NCBI GenBank assembly: GCA_002104905.1
Contig: MCFE01000542.1
Span: forward strand, 1 to 60,406
DNA length: 60,406 nt
Direction: 5' to 3'
Origin: Basidiobolus meristosporus CBS 931.73
Taxonomy: Eukaryota > Fungi > Basidiobolomycota
Both the position numbers and the translations under genes were made by a program. Shown here in pieces: positions 1 through 10,900 of this stretch (the first letter of the stretch is position 1; the number at the start of each line of letters is the position of its first letter). The notes under the pieces are model-generated. The model saw only the letters and a program-made list of their open reading frames with translations, had not been told where the DNA came from and made no database searches.

Positions 1-42
1 ACGTAAATGACTGTTGTTTTTCGAGAAAGGAAGAGCAAAAAT

Positions 43-124
43 TGATGAGAGTGGGGTTCGAACCCACGCCTCCGGAGAGACTGCGACCTGAACGCAGCGC
101 CTTAGACCACTCGGCCATCTCACC
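43..124 (-). tRNA. tRNA-Leu(CAG)
   Basis: Reverse complement GGTGAGATGGCCGAGTGGTCTAAGGCGCTGCGTTCAGGTCGCAGTCTCTCCGGAGGCGTGGGTTCGAACCCCACTCTCATCA folds as an 82-nt cloverleaf with long variable arm. Anticodon arm CTGCG-TTCAGGT-CGCAG; T-run terminator follows. Confidence 0.97.
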
Positions 125-133
125 AATTATTAG

Positions 134-461
134 TGATATAGAGTAAAGAGTCACTCGATGTTAAGTGACATCAACGCATACAAAGACGACTTAGTAGCCA
201 GGGAAAAGCAAATCAAAGACAAATCACCAGACTCACAATAAGGTATAAATACCAAACAAGCAACTAAATAAAAAGGGAGTTTTTGGTTATAGGCAGAAGA
301 GCGTAGTAGGAACGAATATTAGCTTGAATATATTTCTACAAAGTCACCACCCTAACCTTTTAAAGAGATATTCTTACACTACCCCGTCGAATCTACAAGA
401 TAACATACACGTTGTCCCTTTTCGTACTCTCTAAAGGACATTACTCTTTAAGTACGTAACA
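134..461 (+). mobile_element. Solo LTR, gypsy family A (copy A1)
   Basis: About 96% identical by eye to the LTRs at 6450-6776 and 11225-11551; ends GTAACA; flanks TTAG/TTTG. Confidence 0.93.
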
Positions 462-469
462 TTTGTGTT

Positions 470-659
470 TGTTACGGAATTGTTTATTGAGGTCAAGTCA
501 GGTGTTCCGGGATTCTCAAGAGTCAAGAGGGTTGTTCTGGGTTTCTGGGCCTCTGTCCTAACGGTACCTTGAGTTGATTAATAAATACTGTGTTACTTGG
601 CTGAGGCTTGATCCTAATCTGGCTTGCATGCTAAGCCCTTAATGGGCGAAATTGTAACA
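470..659. mobile_element. Short solo-LTR-like element (family D), 190 bp
   Basis: TGTTAC...GTAACA inverted termini, flanked by TGTT on both sides (466-469 and 660-663). Confidence 0.65.
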
Positions 660-966
660 TGTTACAAAGTAAGGAGTTACTCATACATACAAAGACGACT
701 TAGTAGCCAGGGAAACGCAAAACAAGACAAATCACCAGACTCACAATAAGGTATAAATACCAAACAAACAATCAAATAAAAGGGAGTTTTGGTTATAAGC
801 AGAAAAGCGTAGTAGAAACGAATATTAGCTTGAATTTATTTCTACAAAGTCACCACCCTAACCTTTTAAGAGATATTCTTACACTACCCCGTCGAATCTA
901 CGAGATAACATACATGTTATCCATTTTCGTACTCTCTAAAGGACATTACTCTTTAAGTACGTAACA
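660..966 (+). mobile_element. Solo LTR, family A (copy A2)
   Basis: Homologous to the family A LTR with a ~20-bp internal deletion near the 5' end; ends GTAACA. Confidence 0.92.
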
Positions 967-970
967 TTAT

Positions 971-1284
971 TCTTTCAGAGTAAGGAGTCACTTGATGTTA
1001 AGTGACATCAACGCATACAAAGACGACTTAGTAGCCGGGGAAAAGTAAAACAAGACAGATCATCAGACTCACAATAAGGTATAAATACCAATCAAATAAA
1101 GGATAAGTTTGGTTAGAAGTAGGAAGAGCGGTAGAAACGAGTATTATTTTGAATATATTTCTACAAGTCACCATCCTAACCTTTTAAGAGATATTCTTAC
1201 ACTACCCTGTCGAATCTACGAGATAACATACACGTTATCTAATTCCGTACTCTTTAAAGGACATTACTCTTTATGTACGTAACA
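971..1284 (+). mobile_element. Solo LTR, family A (copy A3, most diverged)
   Basis: Homologous to family A with a degenerate 5' end (TCTTTCAGAG); exact 4-bp TSD TTAT at 967-970 and 1285-1288. Confidence 0.9.
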
Positions 1285-1623
1285 TTATATTGTTCAAAGA
1301 TAAACACGGATCAAAGCTAAGAAGCGAAAAATGCACGGATCACATGAAGGATAATCTGAGACAACACCATATGAGCATCTAGATAAGGGTCCAGTACCAC
1401 ACAAATTTAGCACTACCACGACTCGAGAAGAATAACAAAGTCGCACTGCTTTAGGATAAAATAATATGACTATCAAACATGTCAAAAGCATAAATGAACA
1501 AGTAACTTGCAATAAACACGCCCCTTGTGGATATTTGACGGACCAGAATACAACATTGGTAGAGGACCTCAAGAACCAAGAAGAAAAAAACAACTTGCAA
1601 CACTCAAGAAAGAAAGAATCTAA

Positions 1624-2620
1624 ATGGAGGCACTCCAGCAACAAGTTGCAGAACTCTCCTTATTGGTAGCCCAACTGCGTTATAATAGAACGGTTGAGTG
1701 CAAAGCAAAAATACGAAAACCAAGCGAATACACAGGAAAACGGGATGCCGAGATGGTTGAATCTTGGTTATTCGCAATGCATCGGTATCTAGCACTTAAC
1801 CAAGTACTAGAAACAGACATGCATGTTTATGCTGCCACCTTTCTAACAGACGACGCACTGATATGGTATCGAGCCTATCAGCAGGGAGTGGATGAGGGAA
1901 CAGCTATGCAATTTGTCAATTTTGACCAATTTGCAATTGCAGTAAGAGATGCATTTAAACCTCATAACTCAGCTAAACGAGCCCGGGATAAACTTGCATC
2001 CTTACGGCAAACGGGATCAGCCGAAAAATTCACTAAGAAATTCTTACGTTGACAATTACTCAGCCTACACACTCATTAACTACAAGACAAATTTCGTACG
2101 GTAACAGAGCCTTGAACATAACGTCAAATCCATTCCCCAAATAACACTTTACCAGTCTTGGACCGAGAACGCATTTATTAATGGGCAGTAAACGTAACAT
2201 TTCGGTAGCAGTGAACTTACAAATCCGTGACACAGGCCCAGACCTAAACCACGAACCCCAACATGTCCCGCTTAAAGTCTGGATCCATCGAAGATATGAA
2301 AAACTATATTGACCAACTGGGGAACCAACTTTCTACAACACCAACAAACCATTCTCAACACGCGCCTTTAATCAAAACGTACACTAAACCTCATTTACCA
2401 GCCTCATCCTTGACCACTAGCAAGTGAGACTATGAATGTCCCCAACACCCCTACTACCACATTTTAAATACTCACAGTAAACCGTATGGATCTTAATTCC
2501 ATAACCTCCCACATGCAGCACCTTATATCAAAGGAAGAGTATTCACGGAGAGGACTTTGTTTCTATTGATATAAATGAATTTGGATACCTAGCTACTAAT
2601 TACCTCACAGAAGGTGCGAA
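1624..2620 (+). pseudogene. Decayed Ty3/gypsy gag (different family from A)
   Basis: ORF 1624-2052 has retrotransposon-gag motifs (KPSEYTGKRD..VESWL..AATFLTDDALIWY..ARDKLASLRQTGS). Downstream broken frames retain PMDL-like and RGLCFY (zinc-knuckle start) remnants; the 3' limit is approximate. Confidence 0.8.
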
Positions 2621-2809
2621 ATCATCAAGCAGGTATCCAGTCCAAATGGTAGAACAAAAAGTGCATACATTAATGACCAGTGTCTCAAAATCCTAGCATA
2701 TAACAACTTTTGGCCTACATTGCTAACGACCCGAAATTGCATTCCTTGCCTTTCCTATGGCAGGTGTATTATCTTGTTTATATTGCTGAGGAACTAACGT
2801 TTCGTCGTG

Positions 2810-2839
<30 letters not shown>
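2810..2839. repeat. (TA)n microsatellite
   Basis: Near-perfect TA run with one G interruption. Confidence 0.9.
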
Positions 2840-2840
<1 letters not shown>

Positions 2841-3148
2841 CCACACTAGAACGATTTCACTACGCTTTGGTCATTTAATTTATGTACTGATGTAAGATTA
2901 TTATAAGTGAAATTCAGCAACGGCAATATAGAGCAACTAACCTACCTAATGATTCAAAATCATTCCACGCACCCGATGTTGCATTGATAGTGTATCGAAA
3001 TTCTCTCCGGTGAGCACTCCTGAGAAGCTGGGTGGGGGATGCTTGTGGTAGGCATTATCGATTTTTGACTCTTCCAGAATAAGTCTCTGGAAATTATCTA
3101 GTTATATAACATCAATTCTCTAAAAATCAATGGCACAAAAGAATGCTA

Positions 3149-3221
3149 CGACCCAGGTGGGGGTCGAACCCACGACTTTCTCCTCCGGAGGGAGACACTC
3201 TTTCCACTGAGCTACAGGGCC
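3149..3221 (-). tRNA. tRNA-Arg(CCG)
   Basis: 73-nt cloverleaf GGCCCTG...CTGGGTCG; anticodon arm TCTCC-CTCCGGA-GGAGA; T loop TTCGACC. Confidence 0.93.
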
Positions 3222-3425
3222 ATTTCTTGGTAACGAGCACTCGTCAGCCTTCTAGTAATATTCATTGTGTTAACAATTGAATATTCAAGCTATTACGCTT
3301 TTGAATTGCCAAATGATTGTGGTCAATAATAAGAGAGTCAAAAGGCAATAAAAATCTAACCCACGAGTCGCTTAAATCACGACTAGCTAAAATGTCGGTT
3401 ATCTTTTAATAAAGAAAAAGCATAG

Positions 3426-3507
3426 TGATGAGAGTGGGGTTCGAACCCACGCCTCCGGAGAGACTGCGACCTGAACGCAGCGCCTTGGACCACTCGGCCA
3501 TCTCACC
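3426..3507 (-). tRNA. tRNA-Leu(CAG)
   Basis: Same as 43-124 except one D-loop substitution (GGTCCAAGG vs GGTCTAAGG). Confidence 0.96.
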
Positions 3508-3517
3508 GTGCTGATTT

Positions 3518-3832
3518 TTTTGCAGGGTAAAGTATAGCTGTAGAATAAGTGGTAGGTACTCCGTAAAGGACAATTATCTGTACTAATACAAGACCAGTTA
3601 TGCCGAACTGCACCCAAATAGATTTACTCTGACAAAAACCCTATCTATCACTAATTTATCACTAAAATCTAATTTCGCATACAGTATATAAAGCACACCA
3701 TGAATAACTATTGCAGACAGACTCGTACACGAATAAAGCATCTTCTCCCTTGCATCCTGGATCAACTCTTACTCTCACCGGAATCCCAAGAGATTTATTG
3801 TTTAGCCGGGATTTCCCACTACGAGCGTAACA
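3518..3832 (+). mobile_element. Probable solo LTR (family C)
   Basis: Start TTTTGCAGGGTAAAG matches the family A start TGTTACAGAGTAAAG at 12/15; ends CGTAACA; internal TATATAAA and AATAAA; 315 bp; begins 10 bp from the tRNA 5' end. Confidence 0.55.
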
Positions 3833-3835
3833 TTT

Positions 3836-4157
3836 TGTTATATAGTTAAATACGATCTAACATAAAAGAAGGAAAGGCTGACCAAAATCCTACATAGGAA
3901 AGCATAATTAGCCCACACAACATACCGTGGTCATATATATACCTATCTCTATTTCCACGAGTCGGCAGTTGGTTTGGATATAGATCCTGAGCTAGAAGGA
4001 AGAATATCATTCCAGCACTGACGGACTTGACTGTTTCCTCTATCCATTATACTCTAAATAAATACCCGTCTTCTTATTAAAGGCCCCTTCCCCCTTGGCG
4101 AACATACCACTACCCTACATCTTTATTCTTTACTACGTGGCCTCTAACTCCGTAGCA
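3836..4157 (+). mobile_element. Solo LTR (family B)
   Basis: TGTTA...CGTAGCA; clear homolog of 5577-5897; flanks ATTT/GTTT. Confidence 0.8.
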
Positions 4158-4751
4158 GTTTATAGAGTTTATATCTCCTATCAATACAGATAGGGAGACA
4201 TATTAACGTACCCACATGAATTTTTAAAAGGACTGCCTTTATTATATCAGTCTCGTACGGTTTATATCTCCTCGCTGTACCTTGTTCTGGGTACACTATT
4301 TATTCATTCCATGTGACCTTGCCATTAGTTAGAAACTCGATTCAAAAAGCCTAACACTTGTGTTGTATTAAATATTGTTGCATACCACTGTTGTGGTACC
4401 AGGGCCTCTCGGCCCTCCATCATCCTGCTGATACTTGTCACTTCTTACCGCAATATTTTTGAGTGCTCGAAACTACGAGAGGTGCACTTGAATTACTATC
4501 TCTGCCATTTCAGAAACCCAGGTATTTTGTATCTATCTAGTGTGCAGTACTGGTGAATCAGTAACCCCAGTGTTTATCTAGCGCTGGCTTCACGTATTTA
4601 ATGGTGTTGACTAATGACCGGATTACAAGCTAATGTTGCTGATTAATTTCTGCGTACATAGGTTCATTGGGCAGATTCACACACGTTTATGAAATATTCC
4701 AGATGAAATTAATTATTGAATTTTAGTTGATGGAAAATGGGGATAATAACA

Positions 4752-4977
4752 AGCTGTCAGAATGTGCAAACCGTCCTCGCCAGGCTGTTGGAATAATCAA
4801 CCGGCAAGTTCATCAACTGAGTAGGTCCTATGGTCCCGAAGGTCCGATCGGTCACTACTCACACTTCCCTTTACGGACAGCGCACTACATCTCATCTACC
4901 AGCTTGGTATTAGTGTCTTTGTTGGGAAACAAAGACTGGGAATGTACTATATACATAATCCTGTAAAGTACAGTCGT
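4752..4977 (-). ncRNA. U3 snoRNA (copy 1)
   Basis: Minus strand reads ACGACTGTACTTT (box A') ACAGGATTAT (box A-like) ... GATGAGA (C') ... AGTGTGA (B) ... TTGATGA (C) ... CTGA (D). Terminal stem AGCTG/CAGCT closes C'/D; ~226 nt, the typical U3 layout. Ends are +/- a few nt. Confidence 0.85.
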
Positions 4978-5003
4978 GAAGAACAATCGATACACTTGCT
5001 CCC

Positions 5004-5011
5004 TATTTATA
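5004..5011 (-). promoter_or_regulatory. TATA box upstream of U3 copy 1
   Basis: TATAAATA 27-34 bp upstream of the inferred U3 start, conserved in copy 2. Confidence 0.65.
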
Positions 5012-5493
5012 CTTTTCTCTCTATAAGAAAATTTCTGGCAGATGGGGGAAAAATCGAATATTCGACTGCAAATATTTCGTATCCCACACTAATTCGATCC
5101 TGACACATAACAAAATGACTCCCAATTTCAAACTGAAATACCAATATAATAATGATATATTTGTGCGAATAGAGGTTAGTTTAATTAGAACTATATCACA
5201 TACCTTCACATTTCGAGTGGAAAGTGATGTGGATTTGAAAGTATACACTGCCTCAATGTGCTGGCTGATCGATCTATAACGAGAGGCTATCCATTATTAT
5301 TTTCTCAGACACCGCCAGCCTACTCGGCCATTTCAGAACCCTCTTTTGCTAATAACGAGGGATGGAGCTCCATCAAAATTGCAGGCCACCTCTTTGTTCC
5401 TGGTATTAACTACTTGGTAGTATATCAAAGGGAACTCATTACCGTGGAAATTCCAAATTAGGGCTAGTATGTGTGTAGGCAAAAAAGATACAA

Positions 5494-5566
5494 CGACCCA
5501 GGTGGGGGTCGAACCCACGACTTTCTCCTCCGGAGGGAGACACTCTTTCCACTGAGCTACAGGGCC
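5494..5566 (-). tRNA. tRNA-Arg(CCG)
   Basis: Identical to 3149-3221. Confidence 0.93.
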
Positions 5567-5576
5567 ACTTATTTAT

Positions 5577-5897
5577 TGTTACACAGTTAAACACGATCTA
5601 ACGTAAAAGAAGGAAAGGCTGAGACAAATCCTAAATAGGAAAACATAATTATCCCACACAACAGACCGAAGCCATATATATACCTAGCCCTATTTCTATG
5701 AGTCGGCAGTTGGTTTTGGATATAGATCCTGAGCTAGAAGGAAGAATATCATCCCAACATTGACCTTGACTATTCCCACTATCCCCAATATTCTAAATAA
5801 ACCGCTGTCTTTTATTTAGTCACCTTCCCCCTTGGCATACCCACCACTACCTATTGAACTCTATTCTTTACTACGTGGCCCCGTTAGCCCCGTAGCA
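5577..5897 (+). mobile_element. Solo LTR (family B)
   Basis: TGTTACA...TAGCA, 321 bp, exact TSD TTAT (5573-5576 and 5898-5901); begins 10 bp from the tRNA 5' end. Confidence 0.85.
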
Positions 5898-6356
5898 TTA
5901 TTTTTGTTTTACGCAACGTATTTCTCTAGTCACTAGGGCCGAACAAATTTAGAACCTAAGTAGAAGTGCTAGTTCTCATGTGGATATAAATGATGGGTTT
6001 CTGGCTCGAAAAAACGTACCATTGGACTCAGACCTCTTGTACGTGAGTAGTATTTTATTTCCATGTGAAAAAAGACCACATACATTTCGTGCTTTGTCTC
6101 CTCTATTACATAGACTAATAGGTTGACTCACCGATGTACATTTGGTAATAGAAGTGGGGCGTGCGCTGAGTAACTACCCAACCCAAAATACTTCACTTGA
6201 ATATTCACCCGTGCTGATAATCAACACCGGTTCAATATATCAGCTATCCACTTGGTACACTAGCCACTATCACAGTTGAGCGCAAATGGTGAAGAGCATG
6301 AATCACAATTCATGTGCAGACGAAAAATGTCTACTGTCTTTCGAGAAGAAAATGTT

Positions 6357-6438
6357 TGATGAGAGTGGGGTTCGAACCCACGCCTCCGGAGAGACTGCGA
6401 CCTGAACGCAGCGCCTTAGACCACTCGGCCATCTCACC
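6357..6438 (-). tRNA. tRNA-Leu(CAG)
   Basis: Identical to 43-124. Confidence 0.97.
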
Positions 6439-6780
6439 CATTGATATTATGTTACAGAGTAAAGAGTCACTCGATGCTAAGTGACATCAACGCATACAAA
6501 GACGACTTAGTAGCCAGGGAAAAACAAATCAAAGACAAATCACCAGACTCACAACAAGGTATAAATACCAAACAAGTAACTAAATAAAAAGGGAGTTTTG
6601 GTTATAGGCAGAAGAGCGTAGTAGGAACGAATATTAGTTTGAATATATTTCTACGAAGTCACCACCCTAACCTTTTTAAGAGATATTCTTACACTACCCC
6701 GTCAAATCTACAAGATAACATATAGGTTATCCCTTTTCGTACTCTCTAAAGGACATTACTCTTTAAGTACGTAACAGAAT

Positions 6781-6797
6781 TGGTGCTCACAGCAGGG
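6781..6797 (+). promoter_or_regulatory. Primer-binding site of the gypsy element
   Basis: TGGTGCTCACAGCAGGG, 4 nt after the 5' LTR, is complementary to a tRNA 3' end (...CCTGCTGTGAGCACCA); the cognate tRNA was not identified. Confidence 0.75.
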
Positions 6798-6844
6798 GGT
6801 AGTATTAAACAAAAGGAATCTATCTCTTACTAAAAGAACGGAAG

Positions 6845-7981
6845 ATGACCACGCTACAACGGGAACGAAGACTGGTCACAATTAGCGATTTCTCGGGATA
6901 TCAGACCGAAGATCCTATTGCTTGGCTACGGGAATGTGAAGTAAGTCAAAAAGCAAATCGATGGGATCTAGCAGATCTTCCAACGATTGCAGGTGCTTAC
7001 ATGAAGGAACTGGCAGCTACTTGGTATGAAGAAAATGAAGGGCTTTTGACAGATTGGGAAACCTTTAAGCAAAGATTCAAGGAAAAATACGTTACAATGG
7101 CAAGAATGGATGCATGGCGTCAAAACCTGAAGAATTTACGACAGAAAGATGAATCAGTAGCGGAAATTGCCGCAAAAGTATTAAGATTATTTGCAAGGTT
7201 GGGATACTCCCTGGAGGAAGATAAGATCGAAGTGTTTCTTGATGTTCTTCACTCTAAGATCCGAATGGAGGTCAGAAAACGTAGACCCACAACTCTGGGT
7301 GAAGCAATTGCTTTTGCTGAGGAGGAGGAACAATGTCTAGGAGGCCAGACAAAGGAAAATATCAATGAGAAAACACATGCAACATTATCAACTCCGCCAA
7401 CAACGTCATGGGATAGTCAACTGGATAAACTGGCAGCTAAATTTGATCGAATGGAACTTAATTTGTTAGCCAGTCAGAAGACAAATTCTAGTTCTATCCC
7501 CAGTTCAAACCACAACTCTCCAAGAAGGGAACGAAGATGCTTTGGTTGTGGAGAACCCGGACATATGTTGAGGGACTGTCCTTATTTCAAGTTAGTACCA
7601 ACTGCAGGAACAAATACACAAAGAGAAGGAAATACCTCGCAAGAGGAAGGCAAATATCGGGGCCATTCAGAGGTCAACGTAGTAGAAGACATGACAGATT
7701 CTATATATATGTCGGAAAAAAGACAACGGATACAAAGGGATGAATCCCCAAAAACAGAACGCATGATAATAGAAACTGGAGGGGGAACGATAAAACCATC
7801 TGGCGTAACAACATCAATGGATGTCACCCAAGTCGCAAACCAAATAAGGAATCAGGAAATCCCTGTTCCAATTCGAAGTCTTTTAAAGTGGCCTATGTTG
7901 AAACGAGAGTTAAACCACACGGAACAACATATGAATCATATACAAGAAAAGGCTGAGGAACAACCGCAAGAGGATATTTGA
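6845..7981 (+). CDS. gag: Gypsy Gag (capsid domain + CCHC zinc knuckle)
   Basis: 378-aa ORF; FSGYQTEDPIAWL capsid motif; CFGCGEPGHMLRDC knuckle. Confidence 0.93.
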   Translation: MTTLQRERRLVTISDFSGYQTEDPIAWLRECEVSQKANRWDLADLPTIAGAYMKELAATWYEENEGLLTDWETFKQRFKEKYVTMARMDAWRQNLKNLRQKDESVAEIAAKVLRLFARLGYSLEEDKIEVFLDVLHSKIRMEVRKRRPTTLGEAIAFAEEEEQCLGGQTKENINEKTHATLSTPPTTSWDSQLDKLAAKFDRMELNLLASQKTNSSSIPSSNHNSPRRERRCFGCGEPGHMLRDCPYFKLVPTAGTNTQREGNTSQEEGKYRGHSEVNVVEDMTDSIYMSEKRQRIQRDESPKTERMIIETGGGTIKPSGVTTSMDVTQVANQIRNQEIPVPIRSLLKWPMLKRELNHTEQHMNHIQEKAEEQPQEDI

Positions 7982-10900
7982 GTAGCACGAATACTTATAA
8001 GTATCAATGAGAAGCAATATCCGGTTGTTATAGACACTGGGGCAAACTGTAGTATTATTTCGGCAGACTTGCAACAAAAGTTACAGCTGAAAACTCAGGA
8101 TACTTGCCCACGACAGGTGCGTAACTTTGGAGGACAACTACTTTTAAGCAAGCGCATAGTGCCAAATGTTCCTCTTTCAATTGACCACTATGTATTACCA
8201 AATTCTTTGGTAGTTATCGATCAACCCACATGCAACTTGCTATTAGGGATGGATTGGATCGAAAAATACCAAATTCAACTGGACTTTGCGATGAAGGAGT
8301 TATCGTTTGGAACCCCAGAAGGAAGATGTAAGATACCAATTATTACTAGACGCAAGGGGACGGAGCAGGAAGAGGAACAAATCTCGCTTATCATGATTAG
8401 ACCAATGGAAAAAAAGGAAAAAACTCCAAAAGTCTTAGTAGAAGAAAAGGAACAAATAGGTACCTTATTAAGGAAATTTGCTAACATATTTGCCGAGGAC
8501 ATCAAAGATCTAGGTCAACTACGAGGTGTAAGACACGAAATAAATACAAAGTTGGCGGCTCCGATAAGACAAACATATTACCGAGTATCAAAGAAAGAAA
8601 ATGAATACATACAAGATGAAATCTTGAAGATGCTAAGAAACAATATCATTGAACCATCGCAATCACCATGGGCAGCCCCAGTAGCGCTGGTGCGAAAGAA
8701 GGATGGAACATTCCGTTTCTGTGTGGATTATCGAAAACTAAATGCTGTTACTCAAAGAGATGCGTACCCACTCCCTCGAATAGAAGAATTATGGGATGCA
8801 TTGATAAATGCAAAATACTATTCAACCCTAGATGCAGCATCAGGATACTGGCAAGTTTTAATGGATCCGGGAAGCCAAGAGAAGACAGCATTTGTTACAA
8901 GATATGGGTTATACGAATTTAAAGTTATGCCCTTCGGACTAACAAACGCTCCAGCCACTTTCCAACGCGCAATGAACCAAGCCTTCCAGGATATTTTATG
9001 GAAATACGTGTTAATTTTCTTGGATGATATAATAATATATTCCAAGACGATTGAGGAACACCTTACACATCTGGAATCCGTACTTACAATCTTGGAAGAA
9101 AAAGGGCTCAAATTAAAAGAGAAGAAATGCCAATTTTTGCAGCAACAGCTACGGTACTTGGGCCATATAATAACATTCAATGGCCTAGAAACAGACCCAG
9201 AAAAAGTAGAAAAATATTTATCTATGCGACCACCTCAAAACAAAAACGAAGTCTTATCATTTCTCCAATCCGTGGGATACTTCCGAATGTTTATTCAAAA
9301 CTTTGCAGTAGTAGCACAACCACTATTTCAATTAACTCGAAGGGACAATCCATTCACGTGGACGGAAAAAGAGCAACAAACATTCGAAAAATTGAAGAAA
9401 TTATTATGCAATACACCAATTCTAGCATATCCAAATTACGAGCAAGAATTTATAGTCACAACGGATGCGTCAAAACAAGGACTAGGTGCAATATTATCGC
9501 AGTTGGATGAGCAAGGAAAGGAACGCGTAATACGTTTTGCAAGTCGCTCTACACAAGGAGCAGAAAAAAACTATTCAAGTTCCCATCTAGAAGGACTTGC
9601 AGTAGTATGGGCGGTGAAGCATTTTCGACATTATTTATTGGGACGGAAATTCCAAATATATACTGACCACAAGGCCCTAATAAGTATATTTAATATGCCA
9701 AATCCAATTGGCAGAATAGCCCGCTGGAGTATGATATTAATGGAATACGATTTCTCAATTCACCATCGAAGAGGAAAGAACAACCCAGCCGATCCTTTGT
9801 CAAGGTTATGTCAAGGGGATGAAGAAACCGCTACGAAAATATGCACTATGGTTCAGAAAAAAAGTAGAAAAAGGAACATCAGAGGATTGCTACTACCTTA
9901 TTACCACGCAGTCCTACTGTTTTTACAAACAGGAAAATTGGTAGAAAATTGCACAAAAGAAATTAGATGCACGATAAGAAGACTTAGTCGAAAATTTATA
10001 GAAAGAAATGGCAAATTATACCTACAAGGACAACCTACCCGGGAGGTGTTGCCAGAAGGGCGGGGAAAAGAAGAGGTGCAAGAGATTCATCAGCAATGCC
10101 ATTTGGGAGTTGCACGTACCTGGGACCTGGTAAAGCAAAAATACAGCGCACCTCAACTGTACGAAACAGTACGAGAAGTAGTTCAAGAATGTCCACTATG
10201 TATTAGATATCAGAATAAGCCTCCCCCTGCTTACCTGGAACAAGAACACATTGCATGTAATCGGCCATTTGAAGTCATAGGCATTGACTTTATGGGACCA
10301 ATCAAGCAAACAAACCGCGGAAATCAATATATTCTGGTATGTGTGGACTACGTTACTCGCTGGCCATTAGCAAGAGCTTGTAAAGAAAGTACAACGGAAA
10401 CAGTAGTAGATTTCCTACTTACAGAGATTGTTCCCACTTTTGGATGTCCAAGCCATCTGGTCAGTGACCAAGGAACACAGTTTACCAGCATTATCTTCAC
10501 AACCTTATTAGAGAAACTAAGGATAAGAGCTCATGTCAGTACAGCTTACCGACCAAAAAGTAACGGTCGAGTAGAACGATTGAATCAGAGTATCAAACGA
10601 TTATTGGGAAAGTTTACACAGGAAATTGCTAACTGGGACTTGGAACTGACCAAAGTTCTATTAATATACCGGTCCACGCGACACGAGGAAACAGGATACT
10701 CACCAGCATACTTACTATTCGGATACAACCTAACTCTTCCGGATAATTGGCAACCGCAAGAACCGCAATTAGTAGAAGATTCATGGAAAATTCGACTTCA
10801 AGAAATACAACATACGTTACAAGAAGTAAGAATCACTGCGATGACAACAGAAAAAGAAAGAAGACAAAAAAGAATATTGCGATCCATACAACAACCCCAG

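Noticed and set aside
1294-1795. Short ORFs around the decayed gag
   Set aside because: Low-complexity, A-rich retroelement leader with no recognisable motifs.
4165-4275. Small hairpin TCTCCTATC/GATAGGGAGA and a repeated GTTTATATCTCCT
   Set aside because: Too short and isolated to support an element or ncRNA call.
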